A DNA stretch of 59,931 nt, taken from positions 1 through 59,931 of the IMG/VR virus record IMGVR_UViG_3300036832_000301; one strand, given 5' to 3'. Positions 1 to 9,429 of the stretch are shown here, one piece after another. How positions within the stretch are numbered: position 1 is the first letter of the stretch; the number at the start of each line of letters is the position of its first letter. The stretch comes from a virus (Duplodnaviria; Caudoviricetes). Under the pieces are notes generated by a model, which was given only the letters and a program-made list of their open reading frames with translations, had not been told where the DNA came from and did no database searches. The position numbers and the translations under genes were made by a program.

Positions 1-55
1 GTTACATTTTAGAAGCCGATAGTTAGAACCTTTCCGTGTTGGAGGCTTTGCGCGC

Positions 56-1360
56 ATGTCCCGAGCATGGCCTGCCGACACGGCTGAGCGCAGGTCTGTT
101 GACGCGCTTGTGCCCTACGCCAACAACGCCAGAACACACACGCCAGAGCAGGTCGAGCAGATCGCCCGGTCAATCGAGGCGTGGGGCTGGAAAAACGCCG
201 TTCTCATAGACGAGGCGGGTGGGATCATCGCCGGTCACGGGCGCGTCCTGGCCGCCAAGCACCTGGGTTATACCGACGTCCCGGTGGTGGTCGCGACGGG
301 TTGGACCGAAGCCGAGAAACGCGCCTACGTCATCGCCGACAACCAGCTTGCCCTGGCCGCCGGGTGGGACGAGGACATGCTGCGGGCCGAGCTTGGCGCG
401 CTGGCGGCGGACGGCTTCGCGCTCGACCTGATCGGCTTCGGCGACGATGAGCTCGGGCGGCTGCTGGCCCCGCCGGAAACCGAGGGGCTCACCGACCCCG
501 ACGACGCGCCGGATGTGCCGGATGTGCCGGTCACCGTCGAAGGCGACCTCTGGCTGCTCGGGCGGCACCGGCTGGTCTGCGGCGATTGCACGGTGGCCGA
601 TACGACGCTGCGGGCGATGGGCGATGTCCGCCCGCACCTGATGGTCACCGACCCGCCCTACGGCGTCGAGTACGACGCCGACTGGCGCAACCACGCGCGG
701 CGACCGGACGGGTCGCTGATCGGCGGGCGGGCTATCGGCAAGGTGACCAACGACGAGCGGGCCGACTGGCGCGACGCCTGGGCGCTGTTCCTGGGCGACG
801 TCGCCTATGTCTGGGGTGCGGGGCTGTGCTCGAAGCAGTCGGTCGAGTCGCTTGAGGCGGCGGGCTTCGTCATCCGCGCCCAGCTTATCTGGGCCAAGAA
901 CCAGTTCGTCGTCGGACGCGGCCACTACCACTTCCAGCACGAGCCCTGCTGGTACGCGGTGCGCAAGACCGGCAAGAGCCATTGGCACGGCGATCACACC
1001 CAGTCGTCGCTCTGGCAGATCGACAAGCCGCGCCGCTCGGAGACCGGGCACAGCACGCAGAAGCCGGTCGAGTGCATGAAGCGGCCCATCGAGAACAATA
1101 GCAGCCCCGGTCAGGCGGTCTATGAGCCGTTCAGCGGCTCGGGCACCACGATCATCGCCGCCGAGATCACCGCCCGGTCCTGCCACGCCATCGAGATCGA
1201 CCCCGGCTACTGCGACGTCGCGGTGCAGCGCTGGGAAGCCTTCACCGGCCAGACCGCCACGCTGGACGGCGATGGCCGAACCTTCGCCGAGATCGCCGCC
1301 GAGAGGGTGCCAGATGCAACCCGGACCACCGCCGAAGCCCACGAAGCTCAAACGGCTTGA
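56..1360 (+). CDS. ParB/Srx-domain N6/N4 DNA methyltransferase
   Basis: N-terminal ParB-like region (PYANNARTH, IIAGHGR, IADNQL), catalytic TDPPYGV, HSTQKPV and SAM-binding EPFSGSGTT; typical position before terminase. Confidence 0.92.
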   Translation: MSRAWPADTAERRSVDALVPYANNARTHTPEQVEQIARSIEAWGWKNAVLIDEAGGIIAGHGRVLAAKHLGYTDVPVVVATGWTEAEKRAYVIADNQLALAAGWDEDMLRAELGALAADGFALDLIGFGDDELGRLLAPPETEGLTDPDDAPDVPDVPVTVEGDLWLLGRHRLVCGDCTVADTTLRAMGDVRPHLMVTDPPYGVEYDADWRNHARRPDGSLIGGRAIGKVTNDERADWRDAWALFLGDVAYVWGAGLCSKQSVESLEAAGFVIRAQLIWAKNQFVVGRGHYHFQHEPCWYAVRKTGKSHWHGDHTQSSLWQIDKPRRSETGHSTQKPVECMKRPIENNSSPGQAVYEPFSGSGTTIIAAEITARSCHAIEIDPGYCDVAVQRWEAFTGQTATLDGDGRTFAEIAAERVPDATRTTAEAHEAQTA

Positions 1361-1829
1361 AGGCAACCCCGGCAAGCAACGTCTGAACGATAGGGAGCCG
1401 GAACCGACCGGGCCATGCAAGCGACCCGCCTTCCTGACGGGCGCTGCGGCTGAGGAGTGGGAACGGGCGTGCGCAGCGATGCCGCCGGGCTTCTACACCG
1501 CCGCCGACATCCCGGTGCTGACCGTCTATTCGCTTTCATGGGTTCAATACCGAAACGCCCTGGCGCAGGTCGGGCGCGAGGGCATGACGCAGAAGACCGT
1601 GCTCGGCCACGACAAGACCCACCCGGCAGTGAACATCTCGCTCAAGCACGCCGAGGTGATCCTGCGCACGGCGGACCGGCTGGGCATGAGCCCGGCGGCC
1701 AGGGCGCGGCTGGAAATGCCGGAAGAAAACGCCGAGCAGGGCAAGTTCGCCGGTCTGTTCGGCGGAAAGCCGCTGCGGCTCGCAATCTCCAACGAGCCGA
1801 GCTCGTCTGCGCGTTCGTCGAAAGGCTGA
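1314..1829 (+). CDS. terS: Terminase small subunit, P27 family
   Basis: ATG at 1314; GPPPKPTKLKRLEGNPGK start, HPAV and LGMSPAARAR motifs. Confidence 0.9.
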   Translation: MQPGPPPKPTKLKRLEGNPGKQRLNDREPEPTGPCKRPAFLTGAAAEEWERACAAMPPGFYTAADIPVLTVYSLSWVQYRNALAQVGREGMTQKTVLGHDKTHPAVNISLKHAEVILRTADRLGMSPAARARLEMPEENAEQGKFAGLFGGKPLRLAISNEPSSSARSSKG

Positions 1830-3322
1830 CCGTCCCGTCAGGCGAAGGTGCGGGCGGCCCGATCAAGCTGCGGCCCTGGCAGCGCCGGTTCATCATCGAC
1901 GTCTATGCGCCGCAGTACGAGGACGGGCTGCGGCTGGTGCGCCGGGCGATCTTTTCGCTGGGGAGGAAGAATGGGAAGACCCTTCTGGCGGCGGCGCTGG
2001 TGCTGGTTCACCTCGTCGGCCCCGAAGCCGAGCGGAACGGTGAGATTTATTCCGCCGCCAACGACCGGGAGCAGGCTGGGCAGGTCTTCAAGATGGCCCG
2101 GCAGATGGTCGAGGCCGAGCCCGAGCTCGTGGCGCGGCTGCGGGTGGTCCCGTCGACCAAGACCATCGCCTGTTACGGCAACGGCAGTTTCTACCGGGCG
2201 CTGAGCGCCGAGAGCGGCACCAAGCACGGGCTCAACCCGACCTTCGTGATCTTCGACGAGCTCGCGCAGGCCAGGAACCGCGACCTGTACGATGTGCTCG
2301 ACACGTCGATGTCGGCGCGGGCCGAGCCGCTGTTCCTGGCGATCAGCACGCAGAGCAACGACCCGGAGCACATCCTGTCGAAGCTGATCGACGACGGGCT
2401 GAGCGGCGCGGACCCGACCACGGTCTGCCACTTGTACGCCGCGCCGGAAGACGCCGAGCTCGACGACGAGTCGGCGTGGTATGCGGCCAACCCGGCGCTC
2501 GGCGACTTCCGTTCGCTGGATGAGCTCGCGACGGCGATGGCGAAGGCGAAGCGGCTTCCGGCCGAGGAGCCGAAAGTCAGGAACCTATATCTCAACCAGC
2601 GGGTCGATCCGACATCGACGCTGATCAGCCGCACCGACTGGCTTGCCTGCAAGGGCGAGGCGAAATGGGAGCCGGGCGAGAAGGTCTATCTGGCGCTCGA
2701 CCTGTCGGCGAAGACCGACCTGACCGCATTGGTTGGGGTGAGTGTCGAGGGTGGCAGCCGGGTCGCGGCGTGGTTCTGGAAACCCGCCGACTATCTGGCC
2801 GACCATGAGCGCCGCGACCGGGTGCCTTACAGCCTGTGGGAGAAACAGGGGCACCTGATCGCCATCCCTGGCCGGTCGATCCATCCGCGAGTGATCGCGC
2901 AGAAGATCGCCGAGCTCGTCAACGAGTACGACGTCGTCGGGCTGGCTTACGACCGGTGGGGTATTCAGAACCTGTTACGCGAGTTCGACGGGGTCGACCT
3001 GCAAGCCCACGACGCCCGCGAGGAGGGCGACGGGCTGCGGCTGGTCTCCTGGGGCCAGGGCTTCAAGGATATGTCCCCGGCGGTCGACGCGCTGGAAACG
3101 GCGGTGCTGCACGAGACGCTGATCCACAACGGCAATCCGGTGCTGACGTGGAACATGGGCAACGCGGTGGTGGTCACCGACCCGGCGGGCGGGCGCAAGC
3201 TGGATAAGACCAAGGTTCGGTTCCGGATCGACGGCGCGGTCGCCCTGGCGATGGCGCTCGGACTCAAGGATCGCGAGCGCGGTCCGGAGGGCGAGAAAGA
3301 ATACCGGATGCTGTTCCTGTGA
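1457..3322 (+). CDS. terL: Terminase large subunit (true start uncertain; homology begins about 1781)
   Basis: LRPWQ, Walker A GRKNGKT, Walker B VIFDEL, ALDLS, YDRW, RIDGAVALAMA. Confidence 0.93.
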   Translation: MGTGVRSDAAGLLHRRRHPGADRLFAFMGSIPKRPGAGRARGHDAEDRARPRQDPPGSEHLAQARRGDPAHGGPAGHEPGGQGAAGNAGRKRRAGQVRRSVRRKAAAARNLQRAELVCAFVERLTVPSGEGAGGPIKLRPWQRRFIIDVYAPQYEDGLRLVRRAIFSLGRKNGKTLLAAALVLVHLVGPEAERNGEIYSAANDREQAGQVFKMARQMVEAEPELVARLRVVPSTKTIACYGNGSFYRALSAESGTKHGLNPTFVIFDELAQARNRDLYDVLDTSMSARAEPLFLAISTQSNDPEHILSKLIDDGLSGADPTTVCHLYAAPEDAELDDESAWYAANPALGDFRSLDELATAMAKAKRLPAEEPKVRNLYLNQRVDPTSTLISRTDWLACKGEAKWEPGEKVYLALDLSAKTDLTALVGVSVEGGSRVAAWFWKPADYLADHERRDRVPYSLWEKQGHLIAIPGRSIHPRVIAQKIAELVNEYDVVGLAYDRWGIQNLLREFDGVDLQAHDAREEGDGLRLVSWGQGFKDMSPAVDALETAVLHETLIHNGNPVLTWNMGNAVVVTDPAGGRKLDKTKVRFRIDGAVALAMALGLKDRERGPEGEKEYRMLFL

Positions 3323-3335
3323 AGGAGCTTTCCCG

Positions 3336-3554
3336 ATGCCCGACAGGAAGCCAGCCGACGAGAGTTGCGCGGTGTGCCGTTACTACCTCGCGTATGACGC
3401 GGACAGCGGCGCATGTCGGCGCTACCCGCCGCAAGCCTCATCGGGTCACTACGCGCCGAGAGACCCGCACCCCGGCGAGGCGGTGGCGCTCATCCGCTAT
3501 CCGGTTGTCTACGCGGCAGAGTGGTGCGGCGAGTTCGTCGCCGCCGCCTTGTAG
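3336..3554 (+). CDS. Small Cys-rich hypothetical phage protein
   Basis: CxxC...CRRYPP...WCGEF pattern; GAAGGAG RBS upstream. Confidence 0.65.
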   Translation: MPDRKPADESCAVCRYYLAYDADSGACRRYPPQASSGHYAPRDPHPGEAVALIRYPVVYAAEWCGEFVAAAL

Positions 3555-3564
3555 GGATGTCCCA

Positions 3565-3735
3565 ATGTCTTTGCTCATATTCGCGGTGGTGGTGCTGATC
3601 GTGGTCGGGATCGTCTGCGCCATCGCCTATCAAATCCCCTTCCCGCCCGGCCTTCTTTGGGCGCGCTGGGCGATCCCGGTCGTCGCGCTGCTGGTCGGCC
3701 TGTTGGCGATCCTGCAACGACTGGTCGTGGTCTGA
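3565..3735 (+). CDS. Small two-helix membrane protein
   Basis: 56 aa, two hydrophobic stretches; stop overlaps next ATG (TGATG). Confidence 0.6.
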   Translation: MSLLIFAVVVLIVVGIVCAIAYQIPFPPGLLWARWAIPVVALLVGLLAILQRLVVV

Positions 3736-4691
3736 TGTCCGTCACCATCACCCCGGATGGCACGCCATCGCTGGCGGATGTGCTGTGGGACCCGGCTCCG
3801 AACGAAACCTATCTGCTGGTCGGCGACTTCCCGGCGGTGAAGGGCGGGCCGCAGACGCCAGCCACCGAACCGTGGACGCTGGACGCCACCGAGGCGACGT
3901 TCAGCGGCTTGCTCTACACCTACAACCTGCATCACCTGACGTTCATCGGCGGCACGTTCGCGCCCGAAGCCGGGTTCCGGATCGACGCGATTAACGATGT
4001 GACGATCCGAGGGACCGCCTTCACCGGCAGCGGGATCGTGATCGTCAAGGGCACCGGCCTGACCGTCACCCAATGCAGCTTCGACCACTGCGGCTGCGCG
4101 GTCTCGGTGCAGGGCACGGACGGGGTGACGATCACCGACAACGTCGTCACCAACAAGGTCGGCGACAGCTTCGACGCGCCTGGGTGCTGCAACGTCACCG
4201 TCTCGCGCAACCGCGACACCGGGGCATCGGCCAACGAGGGCGCGCACCCCGACTTCCTGCAAGCCTGGACCTACGCTGGCGCGTTGCCGATGACCGGATG
4301 GCTGGTCGAGGACAACCACGTCGTCGGGCTGACGCAGGGCATCTTCGTGCCGGATGGGGTGATCGGCTTCGCCCGCCGGAATTATCTCGAAGTCGGCTTC
4401 GTCAACGGCATGGCGGTCGGCAACGGCACCAAGCTCACCGTCGAGGACAACACCTTGAAGACCTTCCCCGGCGGCTTCGGCCAGCCCGGCTTCTCGGTGT
4501 TCACCGGCGGCGAGTATTTCAACGCCGGTGGCAACACCATCGACGGCGAGCCCTACACCGGCGGGTCGCCGGTCGAGCCCAGTCCGGACGACGAGATCGC
4601 CGACCTTGAGGCGCGGCTGGAAAAGATCAGCCGACTGGCTATCGGCATCCTGGCGCTCACCACCGAGGTCATCGAGATCGCGCTCGGCTAG
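3735..4691 (+). CDS. Right-handed parallel beta-helix (pectate-lyase-like) protein
   Basis: Repeated VTIxxN/VTVSRN coils and HPDFLQAW motif; short C-terminal coiled coil. Confidence 0.7.
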   Translation: MSVTITPDGTPSLADVLWDPAPNETYLLVGDFPAVKGGPQTPATEPWTLDATEATFSGLLYTYNLHHLTFIGGTFAPEAGFRIDAINDVTIRGTAFTGSGIVIVKGTGLTVTQCSFDHCGCAVSVQGTDGVTITDNVVTNKVGDSFDAPGCCNVTVSRNRDTGASANEGAHPDFLQAWTYAGALPMTGWLVEDNHVVGLTQGIFVPDGVIGFARRNYLEVGFVNGMAVGNGTKLTVEDNTLKTFPGGFGQPGFSVFTGGEYFNAGGNTIDGEPYTGGSPVEPSPDDEIADLEARLEKISRLAIGILALTTEVIEIALG

Positions 4692-4855
4692 TTGCCGTGT
4701 TGCAGGGAACAGATGCGCGAGTGGCTGTCCCACTCGCCGCCCATCCCAGCGCAATCGTGGCTCGAATGCTCGTCTGAGATCAGCGTCGTGATGATGAACA
4801 TCACGGAAAACACGACGACAGCGACCGTCGCTACGGCCTTCGCCAGCCTGGACAT
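4688..4855 (-). CDS. Small hypothetical membrane protein
   Basis: 55-aa ORF read by eye (MSRLAKAVATVAVVVFSVMFII...). Confidence 0.4.
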   Translation of the reverse strand: MSRLAKAVATVAVVVFSVMFIITTLISDEHSSHDCAGMGGEWDSHSRICSLQHGN

Positions 4856-4918
4856 TTGGACTTCCCCCCACCCGTTACGGTGAAGCTTGTCATAAGCCAG
4901 GGGGGAAGGCGACCAGCT

Positions 4919-5149
4919 TTAGTCGTGAAGGCGATAGCGCCCGAGGAAGGCGCGCGGGTTGATGAACCCCAGATTGACGAGCTCGACGATGCCGAGGCTT
5001 TCGAGGGCGGTGGCGGTGCGCCGGTCGCGCCCGAAGACCTCAACCCCGCGCTCGTCGTTCCCGGCGATCTCTCCCGCCGCGAGCCGGGTCCGCATACTGC
5101 GGTCGGCTGCGATGCAGTCACGAATGAAGGCGGCTTGCGTGGGTGTCAT
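4919..5149 (-). CDS. Hypothetical protein
   Basis: ORF in minus-strand insert between terminase and capsid. Confidence 0.5.
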   Translation of the reverse strand: MTPTQAAFIRDCIAADRSMRTRLAAGEIAGNDERGVEVFGRDRRTATALESLGIVELVNLGFINPRAFLGRYRLHD

Positions 5150-5158
5150 GCGCCCGGC

Positions 5159-5419
5159 CTAGGCTTGGAAAATGCGGCGGGCGAAGAACATAACCTGCTC
5201 GATCTCGCCGTCGTTCATGCAGGGTTGGAAGGGTCCGCCGCCGAAGGGCATCCGCAGCGGGTCGCCCCGGAAGTCGTCGCCGGTCATCGGCACAAACCAT
5301 TGAGCCCCGGCCTCGCCGTTGTGCAGGCGGCGGACGACAAGGCCCTTCGCGGTGCGCTTGCCAATGAAGGTGACGGTCGGGTCGAGTTGCTCGGCGTAAG
5401 GGGCGGTCTGGTCGGTCAT
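5159..5419 (-). CDS. Hypothetical protein
   Basis: ATG at 5419 with GGAG RBS and a partial copy of the repeated promoter upstream. Confidence 0.55.
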   Translation of the reverse strand: MTDQTAPYAEQLDPTVTFIGKRTAKGLVVRRLHNGEAGAQWFVPMTGDDFRGDPLRMPFGGGPFQPCMNDGEIEQVMFFARRIFQA

Positions 5420-5527
5420 ATCTAGCTCCGTTTGTTGAGCCGTGTGTACGCGACTGCGTGCAGCGATGCAAACATTTTCGCACACTATCGCTGCGACATT
5501 CTGACATCACAACTAGGGAGGCTCGCG

Positions 5528-7534
5528 ATGCACCGTGCATATGCGATGCTCGAAGTGCGCGCCGTCGACGACGGCCAGGATCAGCGCACCTTCGAGGGTT
5601 GGGCGACCACGCCCACGCCGGATCGTCTCGGCGATGTCGTCGAGCCGAAGGGCGCGAAGTTCAAAAACCCGCTGCCGTTGCTGCACCAGCACAACAGCGA
5701 CGAGCCCATCGGTCAGGTGCGGCTCAAGAAGGCGACCGACGAAGGCATCGCCTTTGTCGCGACCATTCCCAGGATCGACCAGCCCGGCCCGCTCAAGGAC
5801 CGGGTCGACACCGCCTGGGGCGAGATCAAGAGCGGGCTGGTCCGCGCGGTGAGCATCGGCTTCCGGGTGCTGCAAGACGGCATGGAAAGCATCGCCGGGA
5901 GCGGCGGCATCCGGTTCACCGCGATCGAGATCATGGAGCTCTCGGCGGTCAGCATTCCGGCGAACGCCGACGCCACCATCACCAACATCAAATCCTTCGA
6001 CATCGGGCTCAAGGCCGCGTCTGGCGCACCCGTTGTGAAGCTAAACCCCCCCGGCGTCTCGGGCTCCCCACAACTCAGGACACAAAGGAGCGCGGCGATG
6101 CCCCGCACCGTCAGTCAACAAATCGAAGACTTCAACGCCACCCGCGCCGCCAAGGCTGCGCGCATGGGCGTGATCATGGGCGAGTCGAGCGAGCGCAGTG
6201 AAACGCTCGATGCCTCCGAGACCGAGGAATACGACACGCTCGACGCCGAGGTGACGTCCATCGACAACCACCTCAAGCGCCTGCATTCGCTGGAAAAGGC
6301 GCAGGCCGGGACAGCGGCTCCGGTGATCCGCGCTGGCGTGGAAGCCGGTCGGCCCGCGCTGATCATCGGCGATGGCCTGGGCGCATCTGGCGGCGGTGGT
6401 GGCAGCGCGCGGATCGAGCCGGTGGTGCGCTCGCTTGAGCGGATCGACCCGTCGCTGCACGTCGCCCGGCTTGCTAAGTGCATCGTGCTTGGCCGCATGT
6501 CGCGCGGTGAAAAGAAGGCGTCGGAGTTCGCCTCCGAAATGTATCCCAACGACGGCTTGCTTCCGGACATGATCAAGGCGGTCGTCGCGGGTGGTACGGC
6601 GACCGATCCGACCTGGGCTGGCCCGCTGGTCGGCCCCGCTGGGCTCGCCTTTGCGGCGTTCCTCGAATTCCTTCGTCCGACGACGATCATCGGGCGGTTC
6701 GGGAACAACGGTGTCCCGGCGTTGCAGGCGGTTCCGTTCCGCACGCCTCTCGGCGCGCAGACCACCGGCGGCGCGGGTTACTGGGTTGGTGAGGGCAAGG
6801 CCAAGCCGCTGACCAAGTTCGACTTCTCGCGCACGCAACTGACTGAGCTCAAGGTGGCGAACATCGCGGTCGCGACCAAGGAGCTCATTCGGGACAGCAG
6901 CCCGAGCGCCGATCAATTGATCCGCAACGGGCTGGTGGCGGCTCTGCGCGAGCGGCTCGACATCGACTTCATCACCCCGGCGAAAGCTGCGGTGGCTGGG
7001 GTCAGCCCGGCGTCGATCACCAACGGTGTCGCCGGTATCCCGTCGAGCGGCACGGATGCGGCGGCGGTGCGCGCCGACATCGCGGCGGCGTTCGCAGCTT
7101 ACCGGGCGGGCAACAACCCGCTCAGCGGCGGCGTCTGGATCATGCCGACCAACCTCGCGCTGCAACTGTCCCTGATGGTGACGATCACGGGTGCGCCGGA
7201 ATTCCCTGGCGTGACCCCGAACGGTGGCTCGTTCGCCGGGTTCCCGGTGATCGCCAGCGACTACGTCCCCGCCGGGGACGTCGTGCTGGTCAACGCGCCG
7301 CTGATCTATCTCGCCGACGAGGGCGGGTTCGGCGTCGCGATGTCGGAAGAAGCGTCGCTCGAAATGGTCGACAACCCGGTCGGCGATGCGCACGCAGGCA
7401 CCGGCCCGGCGACCGGCATGGTCTCAATGTTCCAGACCAATTCGGTCGCCATCCTGGCCGAGCGGACGATCAACTGGGTCAAGGCACGGGCGACGGCTGT
7501 GGTCCTGCTGACCGGCGTGGCGTGGGCCGTCTAA
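5528..7534 (+). CDS. Fused HK97-type prohead protease + major capsid protein
   Basis: Protease motifs PLLHQH, VSIGF, ELSAVSIPAN; capsid motifs WVGEGKAKP, SMFQTNSVAILAER; possible internal start at 6098 with AGGAG RBS. Confidence 0.9.
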   Translation: MHRAYAMLEVRAVDDGQDQRTFEGWATTPTPDRLGDVVEPKGAKFKNPLPLLHQHNSDEPIGQVRLKKATDEGIAFVATIPRIDQPGPLKDRVDTAWGEIKSGLVRAVSIGFRVLQDGMESIAGSGGIRFTAIEIMELSAVSIPANADATITNIKSFDIGLKAASGAPVVKLNPPGVSGSPQLRTQRSAAMPRTVSQQIEDFNATRAAKAARMGVIMGESSERSETLDASETEEYDTLDAEVTSIDNHLKRLHSLEKAQAGTAAPVIRAGVEAGRPALIIGDGLGASGGGGGSARIEPVVRSLERIDPSLHVARLAKCIVLGRMSRGEKKASEFASEMYPNDGLLPDMIKAVVAGGTATDPTWAGPLVGPAGLAFAAFLEFLRPTTIIGRFGNNGVPALQAVPFRTPLGAQTTGGAGYWVGEGKAKPLTKFDFSRTQLTELKVANIAVATKELIRDSSPSADQLIRNGLVAALRERLDIDFITPAKAAVAGVSPASITNGVAGIPSSGTDAAAVRADIAAAFAAYRAGNNPLSGGVWIMPTNLALQLSLMVTITGAPEFPGVTPNGGSFAGFPVIASDYVPAGDVVLVNAPLIYLADEGGFGVAMSEEASLEMVDNPVGDAHAGTGPATGMVSMFQTNSVAILAERTINWVKARATAVVLLTGVAWAV

Positions 7535-7620
7535 CAGCCCACTGATCGCGGCCCGGCGAGGCGTTTTGTATTCTCCTCCTTGCGTCTCGTCGGGCTCCTT
7601 TTTCCCCCAGGAGCCTTGCC

Positions 7621-7995
7621 ATGCCCCAATATACGACCCGCGCACTCAGTACGCGCGATCAAGCCTTTGTCGCCAAGCTGCGGCAATCCCAAGACCGGCG
7701 TCATCAAGCGCTCGCCAATAAGCTCGACCCACCTGCCAAGCCGCAGAAGCCGAGCGCCAAGGCGCACGCGCAATCCGAGCCAGAGCCGAAGCCGGAACAC
7801 CAGCCCGAGCCCGCACACGAGCCCGCGCCGCCGCCTGCGCATGAGCCTGCCACGCCGCCCGCACACGAGCCAGCGCCTGCTGCCGCGCAGACAGGTCACG
7901 CGGTCGGGGCGATGAGCACGGCCGACGTCAAGCCGGAACAACCCCCCAAACCCGACCCGACCGCGATCCCCAGGCCGCAGCCCAAGGGCCGCTAG
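7621..7995 (+). CDS. Pro-rich small virion-region protein
   Basis: AGGAG RBS; PAHEPA repeats; abuts portal start. Confidence 0.6.
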   Translation: MPQYTTRALSTRDQAFVAKLRQSQDRRHQALANKLDPPAKPQKPSAKAHAQSEPEPKPEHQPEPAHEPAPPPAHEPATPPAHEPAPAAAQTGHAVGAMSTADVKPEQPPKPDPTAIPRPQPKGR

Positions 7996-9429
7996 ATGCG
8001 CCTGCCGTTTATCCGCGCACGCCCGCCAGCGGTGACACCCGCGACGACTGGCGGCTTGCCGCTTGGCGTCGGTATGGAACCCGGCCTGCCGTCCCGTGGG
8101 GGCGGCGGCTGGCTGCGGGTCTTCGAGAGCTTCCCCGGCGCGTGGCAACAGAACATCGTCTTGGATCGCGAGACGATCCTCACCTATTTCGCGGTGTACG
8201 CCTGCGTCACCCTGGTCGCGTCGGACATCTCGAAGCTCGGCGTGAAGCTGGTCGCGCAGGACGCCAACGGCATCTGGAACGAGACCACCAACCCGGCCTA
8301 CTCGCCGGTGCTGCGCAAGCCGAACAGCTATCAGAACCGCATCCAGTTTTGGGAAAGCTGGATGCTGTCGAAGCTCACGCGCGGCAATGCCTACATCCTG
8401 AAAATCCGCGACAACCGCAACGTCGTGGTCGGGCTGATGGTGCTCAACCCCGACCTGACCCACCCGCTCGTGGCCTCTGATGGATCGGTGTTCTATCAAC
8501 TGTCCGGAAGCCGGTTGAACCAGATCGAGGACGCGGTCGTCGCGCCAGCCCGCGAGATCATCCACGACCGCTTCAATTGCCTCTATCACCCGCTGATCGG
8601 CACATCCCCGGTCTGGGCCGCCGCCTACTCTGCGGCGCAGGGCATGGCGATCCAGAAACAGTCGGCGAAGTTTTTCGCCAACGCCTCGCAGCCCGGCGGC
8701 GTGCTCACCGCGCCCGGCGCGATCAGCGACGCGACGGCGCTCAGGCTCAAGGACGCCTGGGAGCACAATTTCTCAGGCGAGAATTCCGGTCGTGTGGCGG
8801 TGCTCGGCGACGGGCTGAAATACGAGCGGATGTCGCTCACCGCCGTCGAAGGCCAGTTGATCGAGCAGCTGAAATGGACCGCCGATGTGATCTGCTCGGT
8901 GTTCCACGTCCCGCCCTACAAGATCGGGATCGGCGCGATGCCGACCTACAACAACATCCAGTCGCTCAATGTCGAGTACTACAGCCAGTGCCTGCAATCG
9001 CTGATCGAGGCGGCTGAGCTCTGCCTCGACGAAGGGCTGGAAATGGCGACCGGCACCGGCACGATGTTCGATGTCGATAACCTGCTGCGGATGGACACGG
9101 TCACACAGATGGTGACGCTGAAGGATGGCGTCGCGGGCGCGATCTTGGCCCCCAACGAGGCGCGTCGGAAGCTCGACCTGCCGCCGGTCAAGGGTGGCGA
9201 CAGTCCGCTGGCGCAGCAGCAGAATTACAGCCTCGAAGCGCTGGCGGCGCGCGACGCCGCAGGGCCGCCGCCAGGGATCACAGGCTCGGCCACGACCCCG
9301 TCGCCAACCCCAACTGCCGCCGATGGCGAAGACCCCGCAGCCGAAGACCCCGTCGCCGACCCAGCCGCCGCCAAGCGGCTCGGCGACATCTTCGAGGCGG
9401 GCTTCATGGAGGCGTTCAATGCAGCGTGA
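7996..9429 (+). CDS. HK97-family portal protein
   Basis: AVYACV, KLTRGNAY, IIHDRFN, FFANASQPGGVL, VFHVPPYKIG, PNEARR. Confidence 0.95.
   Translation: MRLPFIRARPPAVTPATTGGLPLGVGMEPGLPSRGGGGWLRVFESFPGAWQQNIVLDRETILTYFAVYACVTLVASDISKLGVKLVAQDANGIWNETTNPAYSPVLRKPNSYQNRIQFWESWMLSKLTRGNAYILKIRDNRNVVVGLMVLNPDLTHPLVASDGSVFYQLSGSRLNQIEDAVVAPAREIIHDRFNCLYHPLIGTSPVWAAAYSAAQGMAIQKQSAKFFANASQPGGVLTAPGAISDATALRLKDAWEHNFSGENSGRVAVLGDGLKYERMSLTAVEGQLIEQLKWTADVICSVFHVPPYKIGIGAMPTYNNIQSLNVEYYSQCLQSLIEAAELCLDEGLEMATGTGTMFDVDNLLRMDTVTQMVTLKDGVAGAILAPNEARRKLDLPPVKGGDSPLAQQQNYSLEALAARDAAGPPPGITGSATTPSPTPTAADGEDPAAEDPVADPAAAKRLGDIFEAGFMEAFNAA

Noticed and set aside
170-1420. Long antisense ORFs opposite real genes (also 6041-7393, 7531-8766, 33889-35526, 36661-38013)
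   Set aside because: Shadow ORFs expected in high-GC coding DNA; no motifs or RBS.
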